A stretch of DNA of 64,000 bases, from the NCBI GenBank assembly GCA_000091205.1, contig AP006491.2. One strand, written 5' to 3'. The stretch comes from Cyanidioschyzon merolae (taxonomy: Eukaryota). The notes beneath the pieces were generated by a model, which made no database searches, was not told the DNA's origin, and was given only the letters and a program-made list of their open reading frames with translations. Positions 33,935 to 43,538 of this stretch are shown here, piece by piece; position 1 is the first letter of the stretch; each line of letters begins with the position of its first letter. Made by a program: the position numbers and the translations under genes.

Positions 33935-34724
33935 CATGGAGCCATCTGCCTCTGCTACTGCGCAAGTTCGTGATGCGAGTGCACCGCAGCCGCCCGCAGC
34001 CAATGCGCCGTTGGGCGTGTTTCCTGGACGACAGCATGAGGAACGCGACGAATTTGCACAGAACGATCCGTATGAAGATAGCCCCCAGTATATTGGATAC
34101 TACGCGACGATCTCGGCACCGCACATCCAGGCGATGTGCGCGGAGCTGCTGCGTTCACACATCGGTCGCCCCGGGGCGCGCGTATTGGATGTCGGCAGTG
34201 GGACCGGCTACCTGACGGCCATCTTTGCAAAATTAGGCGAGTTTACACTGCAGTTGTCGGACGCAACCGAGGATATTGCAGCACCGACGCCAGCGACAAC
34301 GAGAGCGCTGCTTCCTCGCGTCTTCGGCATCGATCACGTTCGTCCGCTTGTGGAGGCATCACTGCAGAACATTCGGCTGAGCAATCCAGAGCTAATCGAT
34401 GAGCAACGGGTTGCTTTCAAGGCCGATGATGGACGGCTAGGTTGGCCCGAATATGCTCCCTTTGATGCCATTCATGTTGGTGCAGCTGCGGACGTTGTGC
34501 CGCGAGCGCTGCTGGAGCAACTCAAGCCCGGAGGTCGAATGGTAATCCCCATTGGACCCGAGGGTGGCGATCAGAAACTCGTGGCGATTGATCGCGACGA
34601 AACAGATCCATCCAAGTACATTCAAAAAGATATAACGGGTGTTCGCTACGTTCCGTTATGCGATTTGGCGTATCAGTGGCAGGGCGCCCTTAATGCGGAC
34701 ACCGAAGAGGAAGAGAAACTGTGA
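33417..34724 (+). CDS. protein-L-isoaspartate(D-aspartate) O-methyltransferase (PCMT/PIMT) with N-terminal presequence-like extension and internal polyQ insertion
   Basis: PCMT blocks are present: NAELVHNLKRLGLIESPVVEKAFLAVDRKYF; ATISAPHIQAMCAELL; the SAM motif VLDVGSGTGYLTAIFAKL; and GGRMVIPIGPEGGDQKLVAIDR. The ATG at 33417 gives an R/S/L-rich 104-aa leader, and an alternative ATG at 33729 starts at the conserved core. About 55 aa of low-complexity sequence including (CAG)n Q11 sits between the N-terminal block and the ATISAPH motif. Confidence 0.85.
33899..33934 (+). repeat. (CAG)12 in-frame trinucleotide repeat encoding polyQ inside the PCMT gene
   Basis: Direct reading. It is translated as QQQQQQQQQQQ in ORF 33351..34724. 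Confidence 0.9.
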
Positions 34725-35582
34725 CGGGTCCTGGTGTTCGAGTTCGCGAACTGCAGTGAAGGCGCGTCATTTTACACGTGCTTTCGAAGGGATGCTTGGA
34801 TTGCTTCCGGAGGTTTCCAGCAACGCTAGGGAAAGCAACTTGGCGACCCGCGAGCGCCTCTGAGCCACAATACCACATGGCACGCTTCGCTGGGTGCTTT
34901 CGAATGCCATTTTCCGGCATCGAGCATTTGGACACCGGACCATGACATCAGGGATGCTTGAATTGATGTTCAGGGATACGTGGAGCGACAGCGTGCGCAT
35001 ACATTGTTCAGGTTTCTGTGCGGCGTACTGCAGAGGTTTGTACATGGGCGATGCCCTTGGTTGCTCACACCGAAGAGATAGCGCTTAGGATACGGCGCTC
35101 GCTTTCAATGGTGCCGTTCATATCATCGGTGATGTTTCGTAGTGCCGCTGGCTTTGGACCTGTCATGCGAGCCTGCGTGCGTTCGTCTTCTCGTATGATC
35201 TTTAGAGAGAGGTAGCGCCAGTGACCGCAGTATTGCTATGCGAGCTTGCATCGTTGCTTTCGGTATCGCTGGTATTCTCTAAATACGCTGGCGATTGCAG
35301 ATCGATTGTGCCAAGGAGATGATGCCGTGAACCTTGTGTTCATCCTGCGCTTTCGTTTTAGGGGCACCATCCGCTGCGTCCTCGCTGACGAAGCGGCCTC
35401 GTGTCCGTTCTGGTGACCGTACCGTCTTTAGGTCGCTGGGTCGCGGAAAGGATATCCCTGAACTGTGAAGGGTACTTCTGGGAAACATATATGTACAAAA
35501 AAGTTTTGATTTGTAAAACAAGTCACCCGTGCGCAACGCAGCGAAAATGTCTCGCGACGATAGGGGAAACGAATACCGTTGT

Positions 35583-36100
35583 GCAGACGCCTCCTATCCG
35601 GTTTTGACTGGACACCTCTTATCGGTTTCAGTTTTTCCTTGCAAACTTCGAGCCTCAGAGGCTGGCCCGCAAAACTTCGCTCGCTTCAGCTCCGCAGGGC
35701 TCGTCTTCAAGATCGGCACATCGCCTGATATTGATCGCAGCCTTAAAGCCTCGGTGTACGAGCTCCATGCGTTTATTGCCACTGGTTGCATACACCAATG
35801 CATGGAGTCCTCGAACTCGAACCCTGAGTGTCACTGCGGTCTCGTCATGGTCCCGTCGGGCACACACGGTTCCTCGCCTATCGCCCATCTTCTTCTTCAC
35901 CACGTGCTCTCCTTCGCTCGACAGTCGGTGAGGAGCGGATTTTTCCGTTTCTTGTCGAACCTCTGGATGGCAGGCCCCTGGGATCCTCGACTTCCACGTC
36001 CATACCATTCCCTTGAATTTTTTACGTCTTCAAATGAACGCACTTGGAACGAGTCTGCTGTACACCGTGAACAAGCATTTGTTTACACGCACCTGGGCGC
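35583..36100 (-). mobile_element. short (about 0.52 kb) internally deleted copy B of the TnpB/Fanzor-like element
   Basis: Same family as 25272-25800 and 42965-43497. It shares the 3' terminal gcagacgcctcc...tatcggtttcag block and the 5' terminal ...ccaggatcc...catttgtttacacgcacctgggc block. It ends about 6 bp from the Vta1 stop codon. Confidence 0.6.
35655..36008 (-). CDS. 117-aa mini-ORF in copy B retaining only the RuvC-III segment of a TnpB/Fanzor-like nuclease (probably non-functional remnant)
   Basis: It ends ...ATSGNKRMELVHRGFKAAINIRRCADLEDEPCGAEASEVLRASL, which contains the n(R/A)DxNAAxNI-type RuvC-III signature. There are no RuvC-I or RuvC-II regions. Confidence 0.4.
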   Translation of the reverse strand: MVWTWKSRIPGACHPEVRQETEKSAPHRLSSEGEHVVKKKMGDRRGTVCARRDHDETAVTLRVRVRGLHALVYATSGNKRMELVHRGFKAAINIRRCADLEDEPCGAEASEVLRASL

Positions 36101-36106
36101 GGCACG

Positions 36107-37240
36107 TCATTGACATGAAAGACCAAAAGAGATTCGACGCTCACCAGAGCAGACCCCTGACGAACTCGGTGGGTCGTCGGCTTGCGCCCGCTGGGTCGAA
36201 CGTTGACCAGTTAGCAAAGCAAGAGCCTGCTGCAGCTCCTTCACTGCGGTCTCGTCGTCGTCGAACTCTGCTGCGCTCAGCGCTGACCGCACATGTCGCC
36301 TAAAGGCGTGCCGCGTGCCCGCTGTGACCCCGTTCCCAGGCGAACCGAGCATATCATCTATGGATTCTCTGCGTTTCCTTTCCTGTGAGGTCTCATTCGG
36401 AGACTGCGCTGATAACGGCTGCAGCGAAGCCGGCGCCTGCCTCTCGCTGCCAGCCGCTCCGTCGAACGCTTCCTGGCTGCGGCTAGTGATGCACTGCTGG
36501 TGCGTCGACGTTGGAGGCGGGCTTTCATCGTCGTCCACAGACTGGGGCGAGGCATCAGATCCCTCCGGACTTACAACACCGGTACTGTTCTGTTTGCCAA
36601 GGCTCGAAGACGAGCCCTTGTCTGGCACCGGTGCAGTACGTACGCTTTGGGTGACTTCCACACACTCGACATTGTCTTGCGTTGACTCCCGAAGCGCTCT
36701 TCGAGTCATCACGCACTTGTATTGAGCATATCGAATCTGCTGGGAAAGCTGGTCCCAGAACTCAGCTGATACTGCTGCGCCAGTACCCCCAGTGCTTGTT
36801 TCCGAGTCCTCGCGCCCCCGGAACTGTTCCAGCGCTTGCAGGAAGATAGACGCGGCATAAAACTTCGCAGCTGTCTCTGGGGCGGGTTTTCGTGAGATGG
36901 ACTCCTTCTCAGCTCTTTCAAATATTCGCGACGCAAAGCGGTGCAAGTACTCCAGCGGAGTATGCCGAAAAATCGACGACCACTCCCTAGAGGAGAGGAT
37001 TCGTGCCTTCAATGCCTCCAGATCGTTCATTTCCTTTGAGAGAAAAGCAGCAATCCGCTTTTGTTCATTTGTATGGGTCAACTGCCGGCGAATGCCAAGG
37101 CCCTGCTCTACAGCATACAAACGAGTGAAGTACGAGACTACAGGTTCAATGTGGGCAACCTCGCGGCCCCGCGCAAAAAACGGGTACAGGCCCTGCAGCG
37201 CGTCAGGGACGTCTGCTATACCGTCGAGCTCGCTTTCCAT
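36107..37240 (-). CDS. Vta1/LIP5 (Vps4 cofactor, ESCRT-III disassembly)
   Basis: The N-terminal Vta1 domain pattern (LQGLYPFFARGREVAHIEPVVSYFTRLYAVEQGLGIRRQL) matches Vta1 (DPVVAYYCRLYAMQTGMKI). The C-terminal VSL-like ETAVKELQQALALLTG is present. The ORF-track upstream extension to 37420 starts at TTG and reads into the adjacent element, so the ATG at 37240 (MESELDG...) is preferred. Confidence 0.7.
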   Translation of the reverse strand: MESELDGIADVPDALQGLYPFFARGREVAHIEPVVSYFTRLYAVEQGLGIRRQLTHTNEQKRIAAFLSKEMNDLEALKARILSSREWSSIFRHTPLEYLHRFASRIFERAEKESISRKPAPETAAKFYAASIFLQALEQFRGREDSETSTGGTGAAVSAEFWDQLSQQIRYAQYKCVMTRRALRESTQDNVECVEVTQSVRTAPVPDKGSSSSLGKQNSTGVVSPEGSDASPQSVDDDESPPPTSTHQQCITSRSQEAFDGAAGSERQAPASLQPLSAQSPNETSQERKRRESIDDMLGSPGNGVTAGTRHAFRRHVRSALSAAEFDDDETAVKELQQALALLTGQRSTQRAQADDPPSSSGVCSGERRISFGLSCQ

Positions 37241-37350
37241 GCTGCGACCACACTCCTGCAAACAAACGTCTTTCAAAACAAAAACGCTGTCGCCAGCGGT
37301 GTACCGTAGTGGCAGTGAACGCGCCCTAGACAAGGAGTCTCCAACTGACG

Positions 37351-39610
37351 TGCAGACGTCTCCCAGTTTTTTTCGACCGGCCACCTCATACAGGATACAA
37401 CTTTTTCTCATATAGTTCAACTTTCAGAGGTTGTCCAATAAAGTCCCTTCTTGTGGACTCTGGAGGTCTCGTCTCCAACACCGCACATCTCCTGATATTG
37501 ATAGCGGCGTTACAGTCTCGGTTCAAAAACTCCATACGTTTCTTGCCATTGATTGTACTTACGAATGGAAGTAGTCCCCGAACTTTCGCTCTCCTTTCCA
37601 TTTGTTCATCTGTCAGCGCTCTATACTTTTTTATATCCTCAGGGCTCCTCTGGAACTTTTCCATCTCGATCCTCTGGAGTGCACAGCCCAGTTCGTGGTG
37701 TGTGATTACGATGTCCGGAACTCATCTATCGGTATGGTCACGAAACCGTCTGCGCACTCCTTGCACGTTCTTGTCAACGGTGCTGGTATGCTCTCTCTTT
37801 GGGTCACCCGCCGTCCTGCTCCATACGTTACCACGAGCCTCTGACTCTTGTCCTCCTTGAGGATGCTCAACTCATTGAAAAAGCTGGTCAACGCATGCTC
37901 CCTTCCCACAATACAAGCTCAAACACAGACGAGCTCACGGAAGTTTGGTGTACGCTTTCCACAGCGCCTCGTCATGCGCAGCTTGAGTGTCCATGACCTC
38001 TGGAAAATCTTGAAAATCCGCATGTCGGATCGTCACCTCGCTCATAGCTTCCCTGTGATCCTTCATTCCTGCATTCCATGTCTCAATTTTCTTCCCTGCA
38101 TTCATGATTCCCGATTCTCGATAGTATCTCGCGCTCGAGAGCCTCAAAAGTCGCATATCTCTCTGACGTACTCTACCCTCAGTATCATCTTCCGCACGCT
38201 TGGGTACAGCGATGGTAATGATATTCGTGTTTCCGGGGTCCGCGCCGACGACAAAGTCGTTCTCCTGCACCTTGTTCGTCGTAGGACACGCCTTCTTGTT
38301 ATCTTCGTGCTCCGCCGACGGCGATATCGAGGACGAAACAGGACGAGCTGCCTTCAACTGCCGATCGTGAACACACTAGGATACTCCATCGGTTTCGATG
38401 ATGCCCGTGAATACCGTTTTCTTGCTCGTTTCGAGACGCTCGAAATCGAAGATATTCTTCCAGGGCTTCTCGTGGTTTTCACCGGTGAACCCTGTCTTCC
38501 TTACATCGAACCCCCGGACAGATCTCCTTCATGATGCCGTAGAGGACTCCGGCGTCGATCGTTCCAAAATCGAACTTGATGATGCATAATGGAACGACGT
38601 TGAAGCGCTTCCCCATTAGGGTCGCCCACCGCTTCAACGACTCTTCGTTTGCTTCCTCACCGTGCTCCATATCCGCCTCGGGATCGAGTTGTCGGTCCAG
38701 AAACACGAAATATCGCACGACGAGGCGATCGCATCTTTCCTTGATGTTTTTCAACTCTGATATCTTTTCTGCTGGATTCGGCATCCCCAGCACCGCACGG
38801 TGCTCTCCTATAACCGCACGGATGACAGAAGCTTCGTTCGTGCTCTCGTTCGACGCCTTCGCTCCGACGAATTCGATCTCATCTTCATTCTGACTATCGT
38901 TCGCGATGCCATTGATGCTGGCCTTTGTCGCTCTGCAAGACGGGCCCGCGTCCAGCGCAGACACGGCGCGTATCATGAAACGTTCGAGGTTCACGGTCAT
39001 GCGGTTCTTCAGGTTCTCGTGGTGCTTCATTGCCCCGTATTCGTAAATATCCGCGTCACCCTTGTATCGAGTACCGTTGGAGCGGTATTTCGCGAAGTTT
39101 TCGTGGAGGGCATACATTCGCGCATTTCTCCTCGACGTTTCCCGCGTGCCAATCACCAGATGACGAATACAGGTCTTGTCGAAAAATTCTTCCGGAACCT
39201 CGACTGTTTTGGTGTCCATCACGTCGCGATACATATCTCTCGCGATATGCATCAGTGCTACAGCAGCGTTACAAACACGCATAGAGTGCGACTCGAAACG
39301 GGGTCTGATGGCCTCTTGGAGCTTTTCCGTGTACGGATCCCTGATGTGTTTATGAAGACAGGCTTTCACCAGCATCTCGTGATATTATCGTCTTTCTCGC
39401 ATCCATCGACGTCGGGCCTCCCGCCGTAACTTCTCCTTCTTGTCTCGTTCCGCTTTGCTCGGCTCTGTTTTTCATTTTTCCCCGGCAGCCGGCAACACCA
39501 GGCCTCCAGGATCCTCCATTTCCATTACTTTCCATTTTTATGATAAGAATGCACTTTGAAAGCGTTTGCTATGAACCACGAAAAATCACTTGACCATAAT
39601 ACTGTAAGGG
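37351..39610 (-). mobile_element. long (about 2.3 kb) copy C of a TnpB/Fanzor-like (IS200/IS605 OrfB-type RuvC nuclease) transposable element
   Basis: This lower-GC island encodes the RuvC-I-like [17 protein letters not shown]...[11 protein letters not shown], then IPIDEFRTS with a CxxC, then RuvC-III-like KRMEFLNRDCNAAINIRRCA. Its two termini are homologous to the two halves of the short copies. No terminal inverted repeats. Boundaries are +/- 30 bp. Confidence 0.6.
37386..39375 (-). pseudogene. TnpB/Fanzor-like RuvC nuclease gene, fragmented over 3 reading frames (frameshifts or short introns)
   Basis: The segments are 38479..39375 (298 aa, N-terminal, ATG start), 37935..38357 (RuvC-I GADPG), 37706..37909 (TCKECADGF...IPIDEFRTS) and 37386..37664 (RuvC-III NRDCNAAINI; C-terminus GQPLKVELYEKKLYPV shared with the short copies). 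37935..38357 and 37386..37664 share a frame but are separated by stops. No clear RuvC-II glutamate was found. Confidence 0.55.
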
Positions 39611-40529
39611 CTGAAACACGAATGAATCGCAAGACTATATTTTGCTATGACTTCAACGCAAATACACCTTTTTCCCGTAGAAAAACACGCTGCTGATCAG
39701 CATCGCGTTTCCTTTCAATGGCGGCATGCGCGTCGTTTCTCATGTCAACCAGATATGGTCATATGCTTGTGGACCGCGATGCGTAAAGGTGTCCAGTTTG
39801 TGCATTACAGGAAAAGTCAATAACCGCGTTCTGTTTTATGTTCATCGCTCTCGTGTGCAGCGCAGTTGCGTTGCCTGTTCTCCGTCAAACAATGCTGGGC
39901 AGTGGACCGAACGCTTTTGTGCCGTCGACTGGTAGAAAAGGTTCGGAACGAGCTCGAGCAGCGGTTCTGGCTATAGCGCTTCAACGGATAGCTCTGCAAT
40001 GTCTGCATACGTTTCATCGAATGAGAGCACTGCCCCGCGGGACACGGCGCCGACGCTGGGTGGTGGTCTCTTCGCCGGCGTCCTGCCGAGTCCGAGTATG
40101 ATGCCCAGCCCCAGCATGACAGCCAGCCTAGGTGCTGGCGTTGTTATGATGACAGCCGGGTGAACTAGCATATGTTTGTGAGCAGGATTGCGACTCGCTT
40201 GAGTATTCGAGGCAATGCTCGGTCAAAATGCTCGCATCACGGTTCCCGTACTCATATCGATCTCACGTTCTTTGACCGGGAAATGGTACGGTACTGGTGT
40301 CAGCGGGCGCAGGAAGACCCACTCGTAGATTTTTATGGCGGCTCCAGTGACGTTCCAATCTCTGGACAATGTCATCATCACTAGCACGCCCGTGGGGACT
40401 GTATCACGGCAAGAAAACATGGAATGAAGAGGGAGCTTCCATGCGGAATCTGCTGTAAATGCTTTCCAGGTTTTCTAGCATCATCATTCAGCAGCATTCG
40501 CGCCAGGCTGAAAACCCTGTCCTTTACGT

Positions 40530-42092
40530 TCAACTGCCCAGAGATTGCGTTGATACCCGCTGCGGTGTATAGTAGAGAACGGCGCGCTCGTTCCGCGGTT
40601 GCAACGGGCGCACGTTTGGTTGGCCCCGCTGCGCTGCCAGGATGCGGTCCACAATTCGCTGTGGCAACGAGTCACGATGGGTCAACACAATCCACTTGAT
40701 GTTCTCGGAGCAAGGCGGGGTCGTCAGGCTGCCTCGGTAATAGAAGAAGCTGGGCCGTGCCTCAGGGTCCAGCTCCTCGGCGGCCAGCGCCACGCCTGAC
40801 TCGATTTCTCCGGCTGGCGATCGTGATGCCAATGAACGTGCAGTGCTTTCTCGCAAGAGCGTATCCGCAAAATTGAATTCCACGAAGCGTGTGGTTCTCA
40901 GTCTACCGGGCCGAGATGGTGCCGTTTGGCTGGTCGCTGTGCTCGATGGTGGTAGCGACGAGTTCGATGCATCGGCGACCAGAGACTCAACGGGGATACT
41001 GGCACGCGTAGCGCCGGCGGCTGCTGAGGTGTAGGTCAGCGAGGTCTCGCCATTCGTTGCGCCTGCATCCTTCTGTGCCGGAGGCTGACCAGCTGGTGCT
41101 TCATCCAGCAGTGAGAGCAGCTCATCAAGCCAGCGTGGAACCGGTGTATCAGGCGCGCCTACTGCCGCTGCGTCCGCACCGCTTCCGTCGCTCGCTGGGT
41201 TCGCCTCGGGAACCGCACGCCAGATGCGACCAATCACGGCAACATCGTTCTCATCCGCCACGTTCCGAAACACGGCGTGCATTTCGAGGTCACCACGGAA
41301 ACGTTCGATGACATGCTCGCTCTGAGGTGCGTGGAAGTGAATGTTCACCAGGCGGTACTGTTGCACTTGTGCGTCGCTGAGTTTGACTGGAGTCGGCGCC
41401 TCAGTTGCCGCGACCGATGTGCCATCGCCATCAGTCACCTTGGGGAGCTCTGGAGGGAGCTCTCGCAACGTCAAGGTCGCTGCTGGAAGCGGCGCTTCAA
41501 AGCCAGTGTCCTGTGGTAATTCACCGCCAACGGGCGGTGAAAGCGGAATATACTGCTCGAACGTCGCCGTCGGCGGGTGGATATCTAGTGGAGACGGCTC
41601 GAAGCGTTTCCACTGCGCAACTTGACTGGTTATGTCGAAGGGAGCGGCCGCAGTTGAGTATTCGAAACGCAACGCTTCTCGCTCCGAGAGCGCTATTGGC
41701 GACTGGAAACGTCCACAAGAGCACAGACGGTATGCATCAGCGAGACCACCCCACTTGGACGGCCCTCGCTCTGAACCGTAATCCCAGCAGAGGTTCTGGT
41801 TGGCTGCAGCAGCCTGCGGGCTCTGCACGTCAGGCACCTGCGCTTGCGTGTACGTTTGCATTGGACTAGCTCCGTCTTGGTTGCTCGGAGCGTTCACAGC
41901 ACCTGCCGATTGTGCAGTGTCGCACTGTGCGTGCACGAGTTCAGGTTTGCCTAGAAGAAGCGCCGTGGAAAGCAGCACTACGGCCGCTCCTCGATCCCGC
42001 GAGAGCGCTATTCGCAATAGTCTCTCGGAGCCGCTTCCGAAATGAGTTGTCTCTATGCAATGAAAGACAACGGCATGCGGCGATGCGTGCAC
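40530..42092 (-). CDS. alpha-type carbonic anhydrase with long insertions and a signal-peptide-like N-terminal segment
   Basis: Alpha-CA blocks are present: WDYGSERGPSKWGGL...CSCGRFQSPIAL; zinc-ligand region YRLVNIHFHAPQSEH ... LEMHAVF (three His positions retained); and the C-terminal WIVLTHRDSLPQRIV. The hydrophobic AAVVLLSTALLLGKPELVHAQC lies near the N-terminus, but the track start is GTG and there is no in-frame ATG upstream of it. Confidence 0.8.
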   Translation of the reverse strand: MHASPHAVVFHCIETTHFGSGSERLLRIALSRDRGAAVVLLSTALLLGKPELVHAQCDTAQSAGAVNAPSNQDGASPMQTYTQAQVPDVQSPQAAAANQNLCWDYGSERGPSKWGGLADAYRLCSCGRFQSPIALSEREALRFEYSTAAAPFDITSQVAQWKRFEPSPLDIHPPTATFEQYIPLSPPVGGELPQDTGFEAPLPAATLTLRELPPELPKVTDGDGTSVAATEAPTPVKLSDAQVQQYRLVNIHFHAPQSEHVIERFRGDLEMHAVFRNVADENDVAVIGRIWRAVPEANPASDGSGADAAAVGAPDTPVPRWLDELLSLLDEAPAGQPPAQKDAGATNGETSLTYTSAAAGATRASIPVESLVADASNSSLPPSSTATSQTAPSRPGRLRTTRFVEFNFADTLLRESTARSLASRSPAGEIESGVALAAEELDPEARPSFFYYRGSLTTPPCSENIKWIVLTHRDSLPQRIVDRILAAQRGQPNVRPLQPRNERAVLYYTPQRVSTQSLGS

Positions 42093-42964
42093 CGCGCGAG
42101 ACGCTACGCCGATCGACGAAGGACACGTGTCCGACGCCGCATTGGCACATGCGTGTTCGAACCTGCGTACTGCACTTGAAATCCGGTGTCCTATATCGGA
42201 AACTCACGTAGAATGCTCTCTTGCGCTAGGCGCTATCGCTGGTGTCGACGCTCCTGCCCATCTCAGTACCGCCCTGAAGCACAGTCGGTGTTGTGGCAGG
42301 CTTGGATCCCGATCATGCTTCCAGAAGACGCGTAGCGTTCGCAGCGGCGTTCGCTTGTGTGGATGAGGTATGCATCTCTCCACTCAACAGGAGTTTCGTT
42401 AGGTTTATTGATCGTAACCAAACTAGGCACGGTATGGCTCCTGAACTCGTATATACGTTTTTTGTGATGCTTGTAATGCATGCCGCACGGACGCTGCAAT
42501 GAGGAACTGATTTGAATTGTGCTTCTATCCGGCGTTATGCACTGTCGACAATGACATTGCTTATCGTTGGCATGCTGTCGTCGTGGTCAAAGTTATGATG
42601 GCCGCTACGTCCCCCGGATCCGGTGATCTTGCTAGAGGCATCGCGCATGCGGCGTCTAAATGTACCTTGACGTCTGAGCCTCGCATTTCGCCTGGCACGA
42701 TCGAGGCACATGACAAAATCACATACTGTATTCTGCTCTACTCTATCCGTTTACTGCCAATGGCGTTACTTATATGTAGTGGTGGAATCGCCAAACCGTA
42801 AACTTTCACGTACCACCGCCCGTTCCATATGCTCCCGGATACTCAGTGGCTACCCGTTGATTTTCCACTCGCATTAATCATATCGCGGAGCGTATGGATT
42901 TTCTTTCTTTTACTGCTCAACGGAGCCGAAAAGTTCATCGACCAAGAAGAGTATACATATCTAC

Positions 42965-43497
42965 AACGCGCAGACGCCTCCCAGCGGTTCTTTTTTAACT
43001 GACCACCTACTATCGACTTCAGCTTTTCCTTGTAAACTTTGAACCTGAGAGGCTGCCCCGCAAAGCTCGATCGCGTCAGCTCCTCGGACCTCGCCTCCAG
43101 CAACGCACATCATCTGATATTGATGGTTGCGTTAAAGTCTCGGTTCGCGAACTCCATGCTTTTGCTGCTTCTGGATGAACTCACCATTACGAGGATTGCT
43201 ATAGTTTGCGACCTCTGTATCACTCCAGTCTCGTCATCGCTCCGTCGTACAAACACGTTTTCTCGCCTATCTCCCATGTTCTTCCTCTTCCCTATGTGCT
43301 CCGTCACTTGCTCCTCTTCGCTCGATAGTCGGCGAGAAGAGGAGTTTTCGTTTTTCTCCGGCACTCGGCGATGACAACGCTCCAGGATCCTCGATTTGCA
43401 TATCCATATCATTCCCTTGGATTCCATATTTCTTCACCTGAACGCTTCTGCTACGCACCGCGAACCAGCGTTTCATGACACGCACACGCGTGGGGAA
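42965..43497 (-). mobile_element. short (about 0.53 kb) internally deleted copy D of the TnpB/Fanzor-like element
   Basis: It shares its 3' and 5' terminal blocks with copies A and B (gcagacgcctcccagcggttc...tatcgacttcag; ...tccaggatcctcgatttgcatatccatatcattcccttggatt...). The minus-strand remnant 43110..43427 ends ...SKSMEFANRDFNATINIR. Its right end lies about 40 bp upstream of the first ATG of the MGDG synthase ORF. Confidence 0.55.
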
Positions 43498-43538
43498 CTT
43501 CATGGAGGTGAAAGCCTCGACAAGCATTGTCCAATTTC

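Noticed and set aside
36107-37420. Vta1 ORF extended 60 codons upstream into the element end (MNYMRKSCILYEVAGRKK...)
   Set aside because: The extension starts at TTG and reads through repeat sequence, whereas the conserved Vta1 N-terminus begins at the ATG at 37240.
37848-38534. 228-aa plus-strand ORF inside the long element
   Set aside because: It is antisense to the TnpB/Fanzor-like coding segments (RuvC-I region) and has no recognisable motifs, so it is most likely spurious.
43527-43538. MGDG synthase start at 43527 overlapping the element copy D
   Set aside because: The codon at 43527 is TTG. The first ATG is at 43539, and a more transit-peptide-like start is at 43578.
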